From contig CAXGAI010000007.1 in assembly GCA_964007735.1 (NCBI GenBank), positions 1 to 64,000 on the forward strand: 64,000 nt of DNA. The letters are read 5' to 3'. Made by a program: the position numbers and the translations under genes. The notes beneath the pieces were generated by a model. That model worked only from the letters and a program-made list of their open reading frames with translations. It ran no database searches and was not told where the DNA came from. Origin of the DNA: an uncultured Rhodopirellula sp. Lineage in GTDB: Bacteria; Planctomycetota; Planctomycetia; Pirellulales; Pirellulaceae. Each line of letters opens with the position of its first letter. The first letter of the stretch is position 1. Below are positions 18,352 to 28,986 of this stretch, piece by piece.

Positions 18352-20244
18352 TCAGAGAGAGGAGGGGGATAAACCAGGCGTTGACTGAATGATGGTTTGC
18401 GTTGTATTGGCGTGGGGGGACTCAAGGGTCTGCTCTGTCCCATCGGGCCAGCGGATTAGGATTGACTCGATAGTCTGGCTCTGCGGAATACCGAAGAAAA
18501 CGCGTGTGTCATTACTCGAAGCATAGCTCGATCCACCCTTGACCTGTCGCACTTGAAATTGTTTGTCCGTTTTAAGTGTTACCACGCTGCCGACGGCGGC
18601 TCGGTTACTTGGATTGCCAATAAGCTGCAGGGAAAGCCACTGATTCTCGTTAGCGGTTTCGTTGATTAAGACGCTACAACGCTCGTTGATGTGAGAATAG
18701 ACCAGGTCAAGGTCGCCGTCGTTATCGAGGTCACCATAGGCAATCCCCCGGCCCTTGTGTGCGGTGGTGAAGTAGGCACCAACACTTTTGTTGACCTTGG
18801 CGTAGCGACCCTCGATATTTTCCAGCGCGATGGGCCATTGGGCAATGGTCGCATCGGATGGATAGAGGTTTACATGCCCATTGGCAATGAAGAGGTCTTC
18901 ATCACCATCTCGATCAGCATCCATAAATGCGGTTCCCCAGCCGACGTAGACGCTTTGGAAACTAAGTAAGCCACTGGCAGTGCTCACATGTTGAAACAAT
19001 GCATTTCCAATATTCTTGTATAGTGCAAATTGCTCATTTTGGAAGTTCGTGACGAAAAGATCGGGTAGCCCGTCCATATTGAAGTCACCCATGTCTATTC
19101 CCATACTTCCATCGGCATTACCTGTATTGTCGAACCCTACTCCACACAGTGCGGCCGTTTCCTGAAAGGTTCCATCCCCCTGGTTCGTCCAGAGGAAGTT
19201 TGCATCGGTGTCGTTAGTGACGTAGATATCGAGATCTCCATCTAGATCGACATCCGCCATTAACACTCCGAGGCCCTTCCCGGCTTTGTTGATACCAGCC
19301 TGTTCAGAGATATCGATAAGTGTTCCATGTTCATTAAACTTGAGTAGGAAATCGGGTAGGGCTGCGAAGTCACGAGGTGAGCAGATGTCACGGCGGTTAT
19401 CTGCTTTCTTTTGCGATAAGAAACTTTGATCCCGGCCTGTGCAAAACGGGTGGTTGGCAAAGGACCAGTCAATGTACTGAGCGAGGTAGAGTTCGAGCGT
19501 ACCGTCATTGTCGATGTCACCCCAGGCCGCGCCGACACTCCAAACATCGCTGGGAAGGTTTAGCTGTTGCGAGACTTCCTCGAATGTTCCATCTCCATTG
19601 TTATGAAAAACAAGGACACCTCCGTATCCAGTAATTACCAGATCGGTGAACCCGTCGTTGTCATAATCCTGCGTGATCGCCCCGTGGCTATAGAAATCAT
19701 CGCGGTGGATTCCGGCTGGTTGGGTGACATTAGTAAAGGTCAGATTACCGTTGTTTTGATAGAGAGCAGGGGGGTAACCGCTGATTCGGGTGGCTTCTTT
19801 TTTATCTTCCCCAAAGGTTCCTCCTCCAGTTAACAAAATATCTTCATACCCATCATTGTTATAGTCAAATAATGCGACGCCACCGCCGAGTGTTTCGACC
19901 ATGGTGACGTGGCCGGCTTCTTCGCCGTTTTTGTAGATGAAATCAGGTCCAGACTCCAGAGTTCTAAATTTTAGATGGCTTTCCGGTTCCGGTAGATTAT
20001 CTTCCGGGCTGATAAGCATAGAAGATGAGTTTTCGCTAGCGGACCTCTGGTCGATTGAGGAAGCGGAGTTAGTTTGTTGGGAAGCATTGGATAGATCTGG
20101 GTTTTCCGGTCTGATCTGAATTGTGGATGTATCTTTTGAGTCGCAACCGGCGCTGAGTATAGCCAGAGACAACAGGCTGACCAGCAGTGAGAATGCCAGA
20201 GCAGGTAGAGGGATTTGGAAATGAGCGGAGAATCGGGGGACCAT
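18352..20244 (-). CDS. CRTAC1-family protein (FG-GAP repeats + ASPIC/UnbV)
   Basis: Repeated DYNNDG/DIDNDG/DLDNDG motifs; C-terminal GGSSYASSND..FFG..IRWPDG; lipobox LSAGC. Confidence 0.9.
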   Translation of the reverse strand: MVPRFSAHFQIPLPALAFSLLVSLLSLAILSAGCDSKDTSTIQIRPENPDLSNASQQTNSASSIDQRSASENSSSMLISPEDNLPEPESHLKFRTLESGPDFIYKNGEEAGHVTMVETLGGGVALFDYNNDGYEDILLTGGGTFGEDKKEATRISGYPPALYQNNGNLTFTNVTQPAGIHRDDFYSHGAITQDYDNDGFTDLVITGYGGVLVFHNNGDGTFEEVSQQLNLPSDVWSVGAAWGDIDNDGTLELYLAQYIDWSFANHPFCTGRDQSFLSQKKADNRRDICSPRDFAALPDFLLKFNEHGTLIDISEQAGINKAGKGLGVLMADVDLDGDLDIYVTNDTDANFLWTNQGDGTFQETAALCGVGFDNTGNADGSMGIDMGDFNMDGLPDLFVTNFQNEQFALYKNIGNALFQHVSTASGLLSFQSVYVGWGTAFMDADRDGDEDLFIANGHVNLYPSDATIAQWPIALENIEGRYAKVNKSVGAYFTTAHKGRGIAYGDLDNDGDLDLVYSHINERCSVLINETANENQWLSLQLIGNPSNRAAVGSVVTLKTDKQFQVRQVKGGSSYASSNDTRVFFGIPQSQTIESILIRWPDGTEQTLESPHANTTQTIIQSTPGLSPSSL

Positions 20245-20566
20245 CGGGGGAGTGTTTTACTAGACAGATGTACTGATCGTTGTTAGTTTCATTTTACACG
20301 GTAGCCGGGGAATCGTGAAACGCGAGTGAAACCAGTGTAGGCCAATTGAGACTAAATACGGTTTATCTCAAACCGAACATAAGAAACATTATCGGACGTT
20401 GGGAATAGGCTAAAAAAGCCTGTTTACCGGCCTTTTTGAAATAATAGCACTGACCGTTTTCATGTCGGTGCTGGCCAACGCTTTATCTTCAACTTGTCCT
20501 GCTGTAGTCCGGTTTCGTAAGGCTTCTCTTTTGCCAGAGGCTACTCAGCACAAACGCTTGAAAACT

Positions 20567-21529
20567 TTATGCTTCTTCGATGAACTTGCCCATCGCACGG
20601 AATTTTTGGTAGCGATTTGAGAGTAAATCTTCGACAGAGTCGTTTCCCAGTTGTTTCAGGTTCTTTAGCAAGTATTGTTTAATTCGAATGGCCATTTGTT
20701 GATGGTCCCGATGGGCACCACCGAGAGGCTCAGGAATGATGTCATCGACGACGCCCAGGCCTGGTAGATGTTTGGATGTAAACTTCAACGCATCGGCCGC
20801 TTTCGGAGCATGCTCATGACTTTTCCAGAGAATTCCGGCACAGCCTTCCGGACTGATCACGCTGTAATAACTATGCTCCAACATTGCGACACGGTCACCA
20901 ACGCCAATTCCTAATGCTCCACCAGATCCGCCTTCGCCAATCACGATGCAGATGATAGGGGTTTCGAGACGAGACATTTCATACATATTTTCGGCGATGA
21001 CCCATGCCTGTCCACGTTCTTCCGCCCCGATTCCCGGATACGCACCGGGAGTGTCAATGAAACAGATAACGGGTAAATTGAACTTGGCAGCCAATTGCAT
21101 TTTTTGCATGGCCTTGCGATACCCTTCGGGATGAGCACACCCAAAGTAACACTCGGTGCGTTCCTTCACGGTGCGTCCCTTTTGGTGCCCAATGACCATA
21201 ACTTTCTGGTCATTCAGTTTTGCGAAACCCGTTAGCATCGCTCGATCGTCACCAAACTTGCGATCTCCATGAAGTTCGACGAATTCGTCAAAGACTAAAT
21301 TGAGATAATCCCGCGTGTACGGACGGTCCTGATGACGAGCCACCTGCACGGTTTCCCAGGGTGACAAATTGGTGTAGATATCGCGAGTGACATCTGCGAT
21401 CCGATTCTTCAGGTCACGAACCTTGGCGGACTGGCCGTTACCAGTTTCTTCACTCTCGAGAGATTCCAACTCCTGCTCGAGTTTGTAAATTGGTTGTTCA
21501 AATGCCAGACCAGGCCCTGCATTACTCAT
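20567..21529 (-). CDS. accA: Acetyl-CoA carboxylase carboxyltransferase alpha
   Basis: ELHGDR, PEGYRKA, DTPGAYPGIGAEERGQ, GEGGSGGAL, YSVISPEGCA, GGAHR. Confidence 0.98.
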   Translation of the reverse strand: MSNAGPGLAFEQPIYKLEQELESLESEETGNGQSAKVRDLKNRIADVTRDIYTNLSPWETVQVARHQDRPYTRDYLNLVFDEFVELHGDRKFGDDRAMLTGFAKLNDQKVMVIGHQKGRTVKERTECYFGCAHPEGYRKAMQKMQLAAKFNLPVICFIDTPGAYPGIGAEERGQAWVIAENMYEMSRLETPIICIVIGEGGSGGALGIGVGDRVAMLEHSYYSVISPEGCAGILWKSHEHAPKAADALKFTSKHLPGLGVVDDIIPEPLGGAHRDHQQMAIRIKQYLLKNLKQLGNDSVEDLLSNRYQKFRAMGKFIEEA

Positions 21530-21681
21530 GGAATTTCCTTTGGATATCCAAGCTTGTTCCCGTAGCGGACTCTTTATTGCCGCTGTTTTGTTTAGTCGAG
21601 CGATTCAGCTCTTTTGTTTTACATCCATCATAGTAAACACTAACAGAAGATCTTGAAATGTCTAATTGTTGTTCTTGGGCG

Positions 21682-22569
21682 TTACGCGTCCTCTTCATCA
21701 GGCACGATTTCAGATGGATGCGGTGGCTTACTACGGAAAATTCGAATCGCGGAAAGGTGGCTCAGGACTTTTTTTAGGTGGTCAGGCCGTCGCTCTCTTT
21801 TCTTCTGCAGCATCTTCTCAATTAGATCACTGAATTCCTGCGTTACGTTCCTGTTGAGAGTGTTTGCTGGTGGCGCCTTCGCATTGAGATGTTTGTAAAG
21901 CAGATTCTCTGGTGAAGTCCCGGTAAAGGGAACCTTGCCAGTTACTATTTCGAAATACATACAGCCGAGCCCATAAATATCTGAACGGATATCAAGCGGT
22001 TGTTGTCGAATTTGTTCAGGTGACATGTAGCTCCGGGTTCCGGCAATTCCCTTCGGACGTCCAAATCCGAACTTCGTCAGAAAGCCTGTGCGTGACGGAT
22101 GGCAGAGAGCAAAGTCAATAAGCTTTGCGGACCCTTGGTCATCTACCAGGAAATTATCAGGTTTGACATCACAATGAACCCAACGATGTTCATGGAGATG
22201 GTCCAGTCCTAAAGCGGATGTTTCAATGATCGTATTGGACCGGTAGGCCATCAGGTGTTTATCCGCTCTCAATCGTTGTTTGAGATTTAGTTGCTGGCCA
22301 AATTCCAGAGATAGGTAAGGATCATTTCCGGTCGTACGTACTCCAAAGACTTCAATAACGTTTTCGTGTTCCAACTTGCTGGCGATGTCATATTCGTGTT
22401 GGAGATACTTGCGTTCTACCTTGCTTTTTAGAGCTTGTGCGGTCAGAACCTTAAGAGCTACTTTTTGATTGGTATTGCCATCGACGGCTTCGAAAATCTG
22501 ACAGGTTGTACCTGAACGAATCAAGCGAACAATACGATACTGATCGATAAAGTCTTTTCCGTGTCCCAC
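21682..22569 (-). CDS. Stand-alone Hanks-type Ser/Thr protein kinase
   Basis: VALK, HCDVKPDN, IDFAL, GTRSYMSPEQ, SDIYGLG; no TM or sensor domain. Confidence 0.92.
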   Translation of the reverse strand: MGHGKDFIDQYRIVRLIRSGTTCQIFEAVDGNTNQKVALKVLTAQALKSKVERKYLQHEYDIASKLEHENVIEVFGVRTTGNDPYLSLEFGQQLNLKQRLRADKHLMAYRSNTIIETSALGLDHLHEHRWVHCDVKPDNFLVDDQGSAKLIDFALCHPSRTGFLTKFGFGRPKGIAGTRSYMSPEQIRQQPLDIRSDIYGLGCMYFEIVTGKVPFTGTSPENLLYKHLNAKAPPANTLNRNVTQEFSDLIEKMLQKKRERRPDHLKKVLSHLSAIRIFRSKPPHPSEIVPDEEDA

Positions 22570-22710
22570 TGCGGCCTCACTGAAGTTCTGGTGTTATTAG
22601 AAAAGATTGCAAATGAGTTCCGTACCCACAGGTCTCTCACATGCCAATGTAAATTATTTGCTGAAGTGTACAAGAAAACAGATGTCGCGGGAACTACTAT
22701 TCGCTATGAA

Positions 22711-23889
22711 CTATTTAGACAGAGCTGTTTTGTTACTGTCGAGGACTTCCTCGTAGATAGTCCTGATACGATCTGTCATCAGTTGATGAGAATACATTTT
22801 ACGGCATTTGGCTTGCCCTGCGGCGCCAAATTGCTCACGCAAATCAGCCGCTTTTGCTAGACGGTTGATTGCATTGGACAGTGCCTGGATGTCTTTAGGG
22901 GCTGTTAGTATCCCGGTCATATCGGTAAGGCAAACTTCTCGTGCACCATCGATGTCAAAACTAATGACAGGCTTGCCAGCCAGAAGGGCCTGAGGTAACG
23001 CTCGTGCCAGTCCTTCACGCAGACTGGTATGAGCCAGAATGTCCATGGCACCCAGATACTTAGGTACGTCTGTGGGAGGCACTAAACCGGTAAAATGAAA
23101 ATGTTTCTGTAACCCCCCTGCTTCGATTTGCGATTCGATAGTTTCTCGCAGCGAACCGTCACCCACTAACAGAAAGTGGACGTTGTCGTTTTCGGCTACC
23201 ACCAGTTTGGCAGCTTCGACCAGATATTTATGGCCCTTGAGATGGAATAGACGTGCTATCTTACCAACAACAATATCGTCATCACTAAAACCGAAATCTT
23301 TACGCACTTGTTCCCGAGATTGATTTGCTTGTAAGTAGTCGTCGATCTCCATGCCGCTGTACACGGTTGTAAATTGCTCACGTAGTGCCACCCTGCCCTC
23401 GACCATTAGATCAGTCATGGCATCGGCTACACATAGCAGGCGATGGCAACGTTTGGCCGCGTATCTTTCACAGCAGGCGAATAAATTACGTGCCAAGTTC
23501 GATTGGTATGGATGAAATGGAGCTCCGTGAATGGTATGGATGACGGCCGGTATTTTGAGTTTCCAGGCTGCAAGACGTCCAAGGATGCCGGCTTTCGCAC
23601 TATGCGTATGTACGACGTCGGGTTCTATGTCACACAGGATTTTCTTTATTTGACGGTAAGCTTTCCAGTCCTGCCAGGGCTTGATATTTCGTGTGAGTGC
23701 CGGGGCCTCGATAATTCTGAGCTGAGGATGATTGAATCGTTCCAGAAGTTTTCCCTCAGGACCTTTGGAAGGGCCAGTGATCAAGGTGACTTGGTCTCCG
23801 TATTGTTCAATCAGGTCGATGCAGTTGAGTAGCGTGTTTTCCTGCGCTCCACCGACAATCATACGGGTAATAATGTGCACAATGTTCAT
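22711..23889 (-). CDS. Glycosyltransferase family 4
   Basis: GGAQE, DVVHTHSAKAG, HTIHG, KGH, EGLARALPQAL. Confidence 0.92.
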   Translation of the reverse strand: MNIVHIITRMIVGGAQENTLLNCIDLIEQYGDQVTLITGPSKGPEGKLLERFNHPQLRIIEAPALTRNIKPWQDWKAYRQIKKILCDIEPDVVHTHSAKAGILGRLAAWKLKIPAVIHTIHGAPFHPYQSNLARNLFACCERYAAKRCHRLLCVADAMTDLMVEGRVALREQFTTVYSGMEIDDYLQANQSREQVRKDFGFSDDDIVVGKIARLFHLKGHKYLVEAAKLVVAENDNVHFLLVGDGSLRETIESQIEAGGLQKHFHFTGLVPPTDVPKYLGAMDILAHTSLREGLARALPQALLAGKPVISFDIDGAREVCLTDMTGILTAPKDIQALSNAINRLAKAADLREQFGAAGQAKCRKMYSHQLMTDRIRTIYEEVLDSNKTALSK

Positions 23890-23927
23890 AGCAAGGGTTT
23901 TAACCTACATTCAACTTTGTGTACAGA

Positions 23928-24692
23928 TTATTCGGATTCTCCGTAATCGACATCCATCAGATAAAGGCCTTCGGCCGGAGCGGTCTGCCCTGCTCGTTTG
24001 CGGTCACAGGCGGCAAAGACGTCCAGAATCCATTCGGGTTCTTCTTTCCCGGTCCCTACCCGACTTAGAGATCCTACGATGTTACGAACCATGTTGTAGA
24101 GGAATCCGTCTGCTCGAATATCGATCTTAATAAATCGGGCATCATGTGCATAATGCTCCATTAAGTCGAGAGAAAAGACGTTTCGAACTGTCGTTTTACG
24201 ATCACTTTTTGATGCTTCAAAGCTGGCAAAGTCGTGCTCTCCGATAAAATATTGTGCAGCAGTACGCATGGCATCCAAATCCACGGATTTGGGATGCGAC
24301 CAAGCGTATTTCAGCGAGAGTGGGTCCATGACCGGACCAGGTTGCATGAGGTACCGGTAACGCTTGCTAACAGCATCTCGGATGGGATGAAAGTCGTCTC
24401 GGGTGATTTCTAAGCCGCGCAGATAGATATCAAACGGCGTATGGGCATTTATTGCTCGGCACAATACATCGGGTTCGTGTTCACTATCTACCTTAAAGGA
24501 GATGACCTGACCGTGTGCATGCACACCGGCATCGGTACGACCGCTAGAAAGCACTTTGACTTCCTTGCCAGTGACTTTATAGACCGCAGTTTCCATAAGT
24601 CCCTGGATGGTTCGTTGATTGGGTTGGACCTGCCAGCCAGCATACTTGGTGCCATCGTAAGCGAGCTTGCCTCGATAAGTATGCTTTGTCAT
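23928..24692 (-). CDS. truA: tRNA pseudouridine(38-40) synthase
   Basis: YDGT..GWQVQP, GRTDAGVHA, GEHDF, GFLYNMVRNIVG, TAPAEGL. Confidence 0.97.
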   Translation of the reverse strand: MTKHTYRGKLAYDGTKYAGWQVQPNQRTIQGLMETAVYKVTGKEVKVLSSGRTDAGVHAHGQVISFKVDSEHEPDVLCRAINAHTPFDIYLRGLEITRDDFHPIRDAVSKRYRYLMQPGPVMDPLSLKYAWSHPKSVDLDAMRTAAQYFIGEHDFASFEASKSDRKTTVRNVFSLDLMEHYAHDARFIKIDIRADGFLYNMVRNIVGSLSRVGTGKEEPEWILDVFAACDRKRAGQTAPAEGLYLMDVDYGESE

Positions 24693-24710
24693 CGATATTA
24701 ACCAGAGTTC

Positions 24711-25721
24711 TTATTCAGCAGATTGTGCGATCAGCAGTTCAGCAATCTGAACCGCATTCGTCGCTGCACCTTTACGCAGGTTGTCGCTAACGCACCAGAA
24801 TGTGATGCCGTTTGGCGATGTGAGGTCTTCGCGGATGCGTCCAATGTAGACTTCGTCTGAGCCAGTGCTGTTATTGGGCATTGGGTAAACGCCGTTAGCC
24901 AGATCGTCGATGACCGTGATTCCATCCTGAGCCTGAAACAATGCTCGAGCCTGTTCCGCAGTAAGCTTTTCTTCGGTCTCTAGGAGAATGCTTTCGCTGT
25001 GGCAGTTGGCCACGGGAACCCGGATGGCAGTGGGGCAAACCTGAATGGATTCGTCGTCGAATATTTTTTGGGTTTCCCAAACCATCTTCATTTCTTCCGA
25101 CGTGTAACCCTCATGCTTAGGTGAACCGATTTGAGGAATCAGATTGAATGCAATTGGATGAGAAAAGGCTTTATATTCATAGGCCTCACCGCGAACGGCC
25201 GCTTTCGTACCTTCTTCGAGGTCAACATTTCCAGCGAGCCCTGCTCCGCTGGTTGCCTGGTATGTACTGACAACTACTCGTTTAATTCGGGCAGCATCGT
25301 GGATAGGCTTCATGGCAACGACCATTTGAGTCGTTGAACAGTTGGGACTGGCAATGATTCCGTTGTGATTTCTTGTCGCTTCAGGATTGACTTCGGGGAC
25401 GATCAGTGGGACCTCAGGAAGCATGCGATGGAACCCACTTTCATCGACGACAACGGCACCCGCTGCCTTGGCCCAGGGGACCAGCTCTGCGGCAACTTCA
25501 TCAGGTGTGCTGGCAATAATCAGATCGATTCCTGCAAAGGCATCAGGACCTAATTCCACCACTGTGTACTCTTCACCTTTGAAGGTCAGTTTCGTGCCCG
25601 CTGAGCGTTTGGAGGCGATGAATCGCATCGTTTTAAAGGGGAAGTTTCGCTCATCCAGTAATTGACGCACAAGGGTTCCGACTGCACCGGTCGCGCCGAC
25701 CAAGGCAATGTTTTCGTACAC
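24711..25721 (-). CDS. asd: Aspartate-semialdehyde dehydrogenase
   Basis: GATGAVG, PEVN, PNCST, TYQATSGAG, EEMKM, DNLRKGAATNAVQI. Confidence 0.97.
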   Translation of the reverse strand: MYENIALVGATGAVGTLVRQLLDERNFPFKTMRFIASKRSAGTKLTFKGEEYTVVELGPDAFAGIDLIIASTPDEVAAELVPWAKAAGAVVVDESGFHRMLPEVPLIVPEVNPEATRNHNGIIASPNCSTTQMVVAMKPIHDAARIKRVVVSTYQATSGAGLAGNVDLEEGTKAAVRGEAYEYKAFSHPIAFNLIPQIGSPKHEGYTSEEMKMVWETQKIFDDESIQVCPTAIRVPVANCHSESILLETEEKLTAEQARALFQAQDGITVIDDLANGVYPMPNNSTGSDEVYIGRIREDLTSPNGITFWCVSDNLRKGAATNAVQIAELLIAQSAE

Positions 25722-25772
25722 AATATCGTTCCTAATAGAGGTTGTAGAATTGGTTTGTTTATGCCATTCAAT

Positions 25773-25813
25773 AAAAAAGCCCCTTAGTCAGGTCTCTGGC
25801 TAAGGAACTTTTT
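25773..25813 (-). terminator. Intrinsic terminator after the TIGR03000 gene
   Basis: Minus strand GTTCCTTAGCCAG-AGAC-CTGACTAAGGGGC then T6. Confidence 0.7.
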
Positions 25814-25856
25814 AGTATGTATTCGGTCGTGTAAATCGGCAACGGCTAATTCAAAG

Positions 25857-26618
25857 CTATTTTTTTACTACGATAGGTGCGTAAGGATTGGAAAAAGATT
25901 TAGCAATGGTTTGACCAGGAGCTAACTCAATCGCTTCGGCAACTTTGAAAATGGAGGGGCCGATCTTCCAACTGACTTCGACGTTGTACCGATAGCGACC
26001 AGTTGGATCGAGATTGCGTGATATAAAAGTACGCGTCGTGCCAGTCGAAGAGGTTGGCTTGCCATTGACAGTTACGGTGGCGTTTTTTGGCACTGTCACC
26101 ACAATTGTAGCGGTTGTTGGTTGTTCAATCTGGAAGGCGTCTTCATCGGCTGGTTGGTCTTCTGGTGCCGCTTGTGGTTGTTGCGGTTCAGCATCCAGAC
26201 CAGGCTCTTGCTGTGGCGAATCGCCGGCCGGCTGCCCCTGAGGCTCTACAGGTTGGAGTGGAGTTGCTGGCTGAACCGGTTGCAGTACGGAGTCGCTCGA
26301 CCCTTCAGCTTCGTCAAGATATGGTTTTTCAGCGGCGTGAGCTTCGGCAGGAGTTGGAGTAACAGTACTATCGTGATGAGTGATTACCGGACTACTGAAG
26401 ACGATCCCGCGGTAAAAGCGATAGTTGAGGTGGTAATTTGCTGCCATACGTAATTCCGCAGCAGCATTTCGAATGATCGGCCTCCGTACAATCATAGGTC
26501 CACAGCAAACTGGGACAGGTTGACAGCATCGGTTGAGCAATTGGGCTTCGGCCTGAGGGGTTACAAAAATACCGAGTGTTAGAACCGTCAGGAATATTAG
26601 GGATTTTAGATTGCGCAT
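25857..26618 (-). CDS. Secreted TIGR03000 (Planctomycetes-specific) domain protein
   Basis: Signal peptide AEA-Q; Pro/Gln linker; C-terminal VTVPKNATVTVNG..T..RTFISRNL..GRYRYNV. Confidence 0.85.
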   Translation of the reverse strand: MRNLKSLIFLTVLTLGIFVTPQAEAQLLNRCCQPVPVCCGPMIVRRPIIRNAAAELRMAANYHLNYRFYRGIVFSSPVITHHDSTVTPTPAEAHAAEKPYLDEAEGSSDSVLQPVQPATPLQPVEPQGQPAGDSPQQEPGLDAEPQQPQAAPEDQPADEDAFQIEQPTTATIVVTVPKNATVTVNGKPTSSTGTTRTFISRNLDPTGRYRYNVEVSWKIGPSIFKVAEAIELAPGQTIAKSFSNPYAPIVVKK

Positions 26619-26754
26619 TGAATTGCCTCTCGCTTTTCTGCTTCTTTGTGAGCTTCCCCAAAATTACTGAGGGTAAACTTCCGAAAGCACGACTTACCAT
26701 TTTGCCTATTTTAACAACAGGGCCGATGTAATGCGAGCATAGAAACGGCTGTTA

Positions 26755-28005
26755 CTAGCGTTTGTTAGGTCTTAACTTAAGATCATCGATAGAGAACTCA
26801 CCGACTCCTCCAAACAATCCGACTCGCAGGATAGCTTCACGAGCCTGAATAGGGACGCGTACGACTTTTTGCACGGGACTCCAGTTGTGAGAGCCAATAA
26901 ACGGTCCCAGTGTTACCACGCCGACTTCACGTCGGCTATTGTCGTAGAACGAGATGGCGAACAGAGGCATTTCATCTCTTGTTCTACCCTGCCGGACTTC
27001 GTCCAGTTTGATTTGCACCCCGATCGCCAAACTGCCAATAGCTCGGCCGTCAATCGCAAAACCCTGAAGCATGTGTGATGACAGTCCGGGAGTTTCATTG
27101 GTGAATTTAGCGTAGTACTTTCCTTCCGCAGTATCTGAGCCGGATACCAATTTGACTTGACGCTGGTAGTACCAGCCAAGGATAAACTCATAATCGTCTT
27201 TGACCGTTTCAAAGTTAGCGTTAAACAGTTGAGGGTTTAGTGGGTCTGGTTTTACTTGACGATTATCTTCCGCGTTACCTGTCATGGGGACAAATAACGT
27301 TGGACGCAGTGCTTCTGCTTTGAGCTTTCCATTTTCTTTTCGCATGATATACATTGTTTGTTGGTATCGTTGTCCAACAGGGATTACCATGCGTCCTCCT
27401 TCTTTCAGTTGCTGTACGAGAGGAATGGGGATTCGTTCCGGTGAACAAGTCACGATGATCTTGTCGAATGGAGCGTATTCAGCCCACCCTTTAAAGCCGT
27501 CCCCCACTTTTGTCTTGACGTTGTTGTATTTGAGCTTCTGCAGAGTTGACTTTGCCTTATAGCCGAGCTCTTCGACGATTTCGATTGAATAGACAGAGCC
27601 AACCAGCGGAGAAAGCACAGCGGCTTGATAACCGCTTCCGGTTCCAATCTCTAATACCTTGTCGGTGGGTTGGGGGTTGAGAGCTTCGGTCATGTAAGCC
27701 ACGATAAACGGTGCCGAAATTGTTTGTTGTCCGCCGATTGGCAATGCCATGTCGAAGTAGGACTGATTGCGAATGTTGATCGGCACGAATTCATGTCGAG
27801 GAGTTGTCAGCATCGACTGAATCACGCGTTCATGTTTGACTCCACTGCCAATAACCGCAGTATGTACCATCTTCTTACGAGCGGCTTCGTAACGGTCTGC
27901 AATCTGTGCTTGTATTACGTTGACCAGTAAAAGACAGAATACAGCACTACGACAGACAAGCTGGATTGCTTGACGGGATAATGGGCCTGGGCTTCGTCGT
28001 GTCAT
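26755..28005 (-). CDS. pcm: Protein-L-isoaspartate O-methyltransferase with N-terminal signal-like peptide and C-terminal CBM-like domain
   Basis: PRHEFVP, QTISAPFIVAYM, VLEIGTGSGYQAAVL, GDG..GW.EYAPFDKIIVT, QLKEGGRMVIPVG; about 165 extra C-terminal aa. Confidence 0.9.
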   Translation of the reverse strand: MTRRSPGPLSRQAIQLVCRSAVFCLLLVNVIQAQIADRYEAARKKMVHTAVIGSGVKHERVIQSMLTTPRHEFVPINIRNQSYFDMALPIGGQQTISAPFIVAYMTEALNPQPTDKVLEIGTGSGYQAAVLSPLVGSVYSIEIVEELGYKAKSTLQKLKYNNVKTKVGDGFKGWAEYAPFDKIIVTCSPERIPIPLVQQLKEGGRMVIPVGQRYQQTMYIMRKENGKLKAEALRPTLFVPMTGNAEDNRQVKPDPLNPQLFNANFETVKDDYEFILGWYYQRQVKLVSGSDTAEGKYYAKFTNETPGLSSHMLQGFAIDGRAIGSLAIGVQIKLDEVRQGRTRDEMPLFAISFYDNSRREVGVVTLGPFIGSHNWSPVQKVVRVPIQAREAILRVGLFGGVGEFSIDDLKLRPNKR

Positions 28006-28169
28006 TGTGAAATCTCCCTTCTTTTTTAATATCGGACTTTCCTAACCATAGATTTAGCAAGTCAGTAGTTTTCGAATTCTTCCTGGGGGTACTTGAGAGT
28101 CCCTCGGGAGTTTGAAAGACTAGTATTATCCATTTTTTGAACCCTCATTACCGTAAAGGTGTCCGATCC

Positions 28170-28967
28170 ATGCGAAAGAATCCAGTAAAAGAAAAACTAC
28201 GAAACGGCGAACCAACTTTTGGTACCTGGCTTACCCTGGGGAATTTTCTTGGTACTCGAGTTATGTCGCGGATGGGTTGGGATTGGTTAACGCTGGATAT
28301 TGAACATGGAGCGTTTGATTGGAGCCAGGCCGAACAGGTATTTGCCGCCGTAGCAGATGCTGGTTGCGTACCTTTGGCTCGTGTTCCGGAGGGCAGCCAT
28401 CATTACATTAAACGAGTATTAGACGCCGGTGCATGGGGAATCGTAGTGCCGATGGTCGATACCGTGGAACAGGCAAAGACGGCGATCGCCGCAGCTAAGT
28501 TTCCACCGGAGGGTAATCGTAGTGTTGGCGGTGGGAGCCACAACATGAATTTTGGCGCTACAGCCGGGGATTACCGAGCTCAGGCAAATGATGAAATTCT
28601 TGTTGTGCTGCAAACGGAAAGCCCGGAGGGTGTGGCTAATGCGGAAGCTATATACAGCCTCCCGGGATGCGACGCTATTTTTATCGGTCCAAATGATCTT
28701 CGTTTTCAAATGCGTGAAGAAGACGGATCGTTCCCGACGGCGGAAGAGCATGAAGCCGCTATTCAGGAAGTGATTCGGGCTGGTAAAGCAGTCGGCACTC
28801 CAACAGGAATTCATGAAATGGATCCTGAAGGTGCTTTGGCTCGCGCAGAACAGGGGATGCAGTTTATTGCAGTTGCCAGCGATCTAAAGTTCATGGTGGA
28901 GTGTGCCACAGAATCTCTTGAAGCAGTTATGCCCAACCGCAAGGTGGGTGACCTCGCTCGCTATTAA
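28170..28967 (+). CDS. HpcH/HpaI family aldolase
   Basis: [31 protein letters not shown]. Confidence 0.92.
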   Translation: MRKNPVKEKLRNGEPTFGTWLTLGNFLGTRVMSRMGWDWLTLDIEHGAFDWSQAEQVFAAVADAGCVPLARVPEGSHHYIKRVLDAGAWGIVVPMVDTVEQAKTAIAAAKFPPEGNRSVGGGSHNMNFGATAGDYRAQANDEILVVLQTESPEGVANAEAIYSLPGCDAIFIGPNDLRFQMREEDGSFPTAEEHEAAIQEVIRAGKAVGTPTGIHEMDPEGALARAEQGMQFIAVASDLKFMVECATESLEAVMPNRKVGDLARY

Positions 28968-28986
28968 TAACGGATGTAGCCGGTCG

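Noticed and set aside
17131..20244. CRTAC1/UnbV + TPR pair as an enediyne cluster or new system
   Set aside because: No PKS or tailoring genes; this pair is a common multi-copy feature of planctomycetes.
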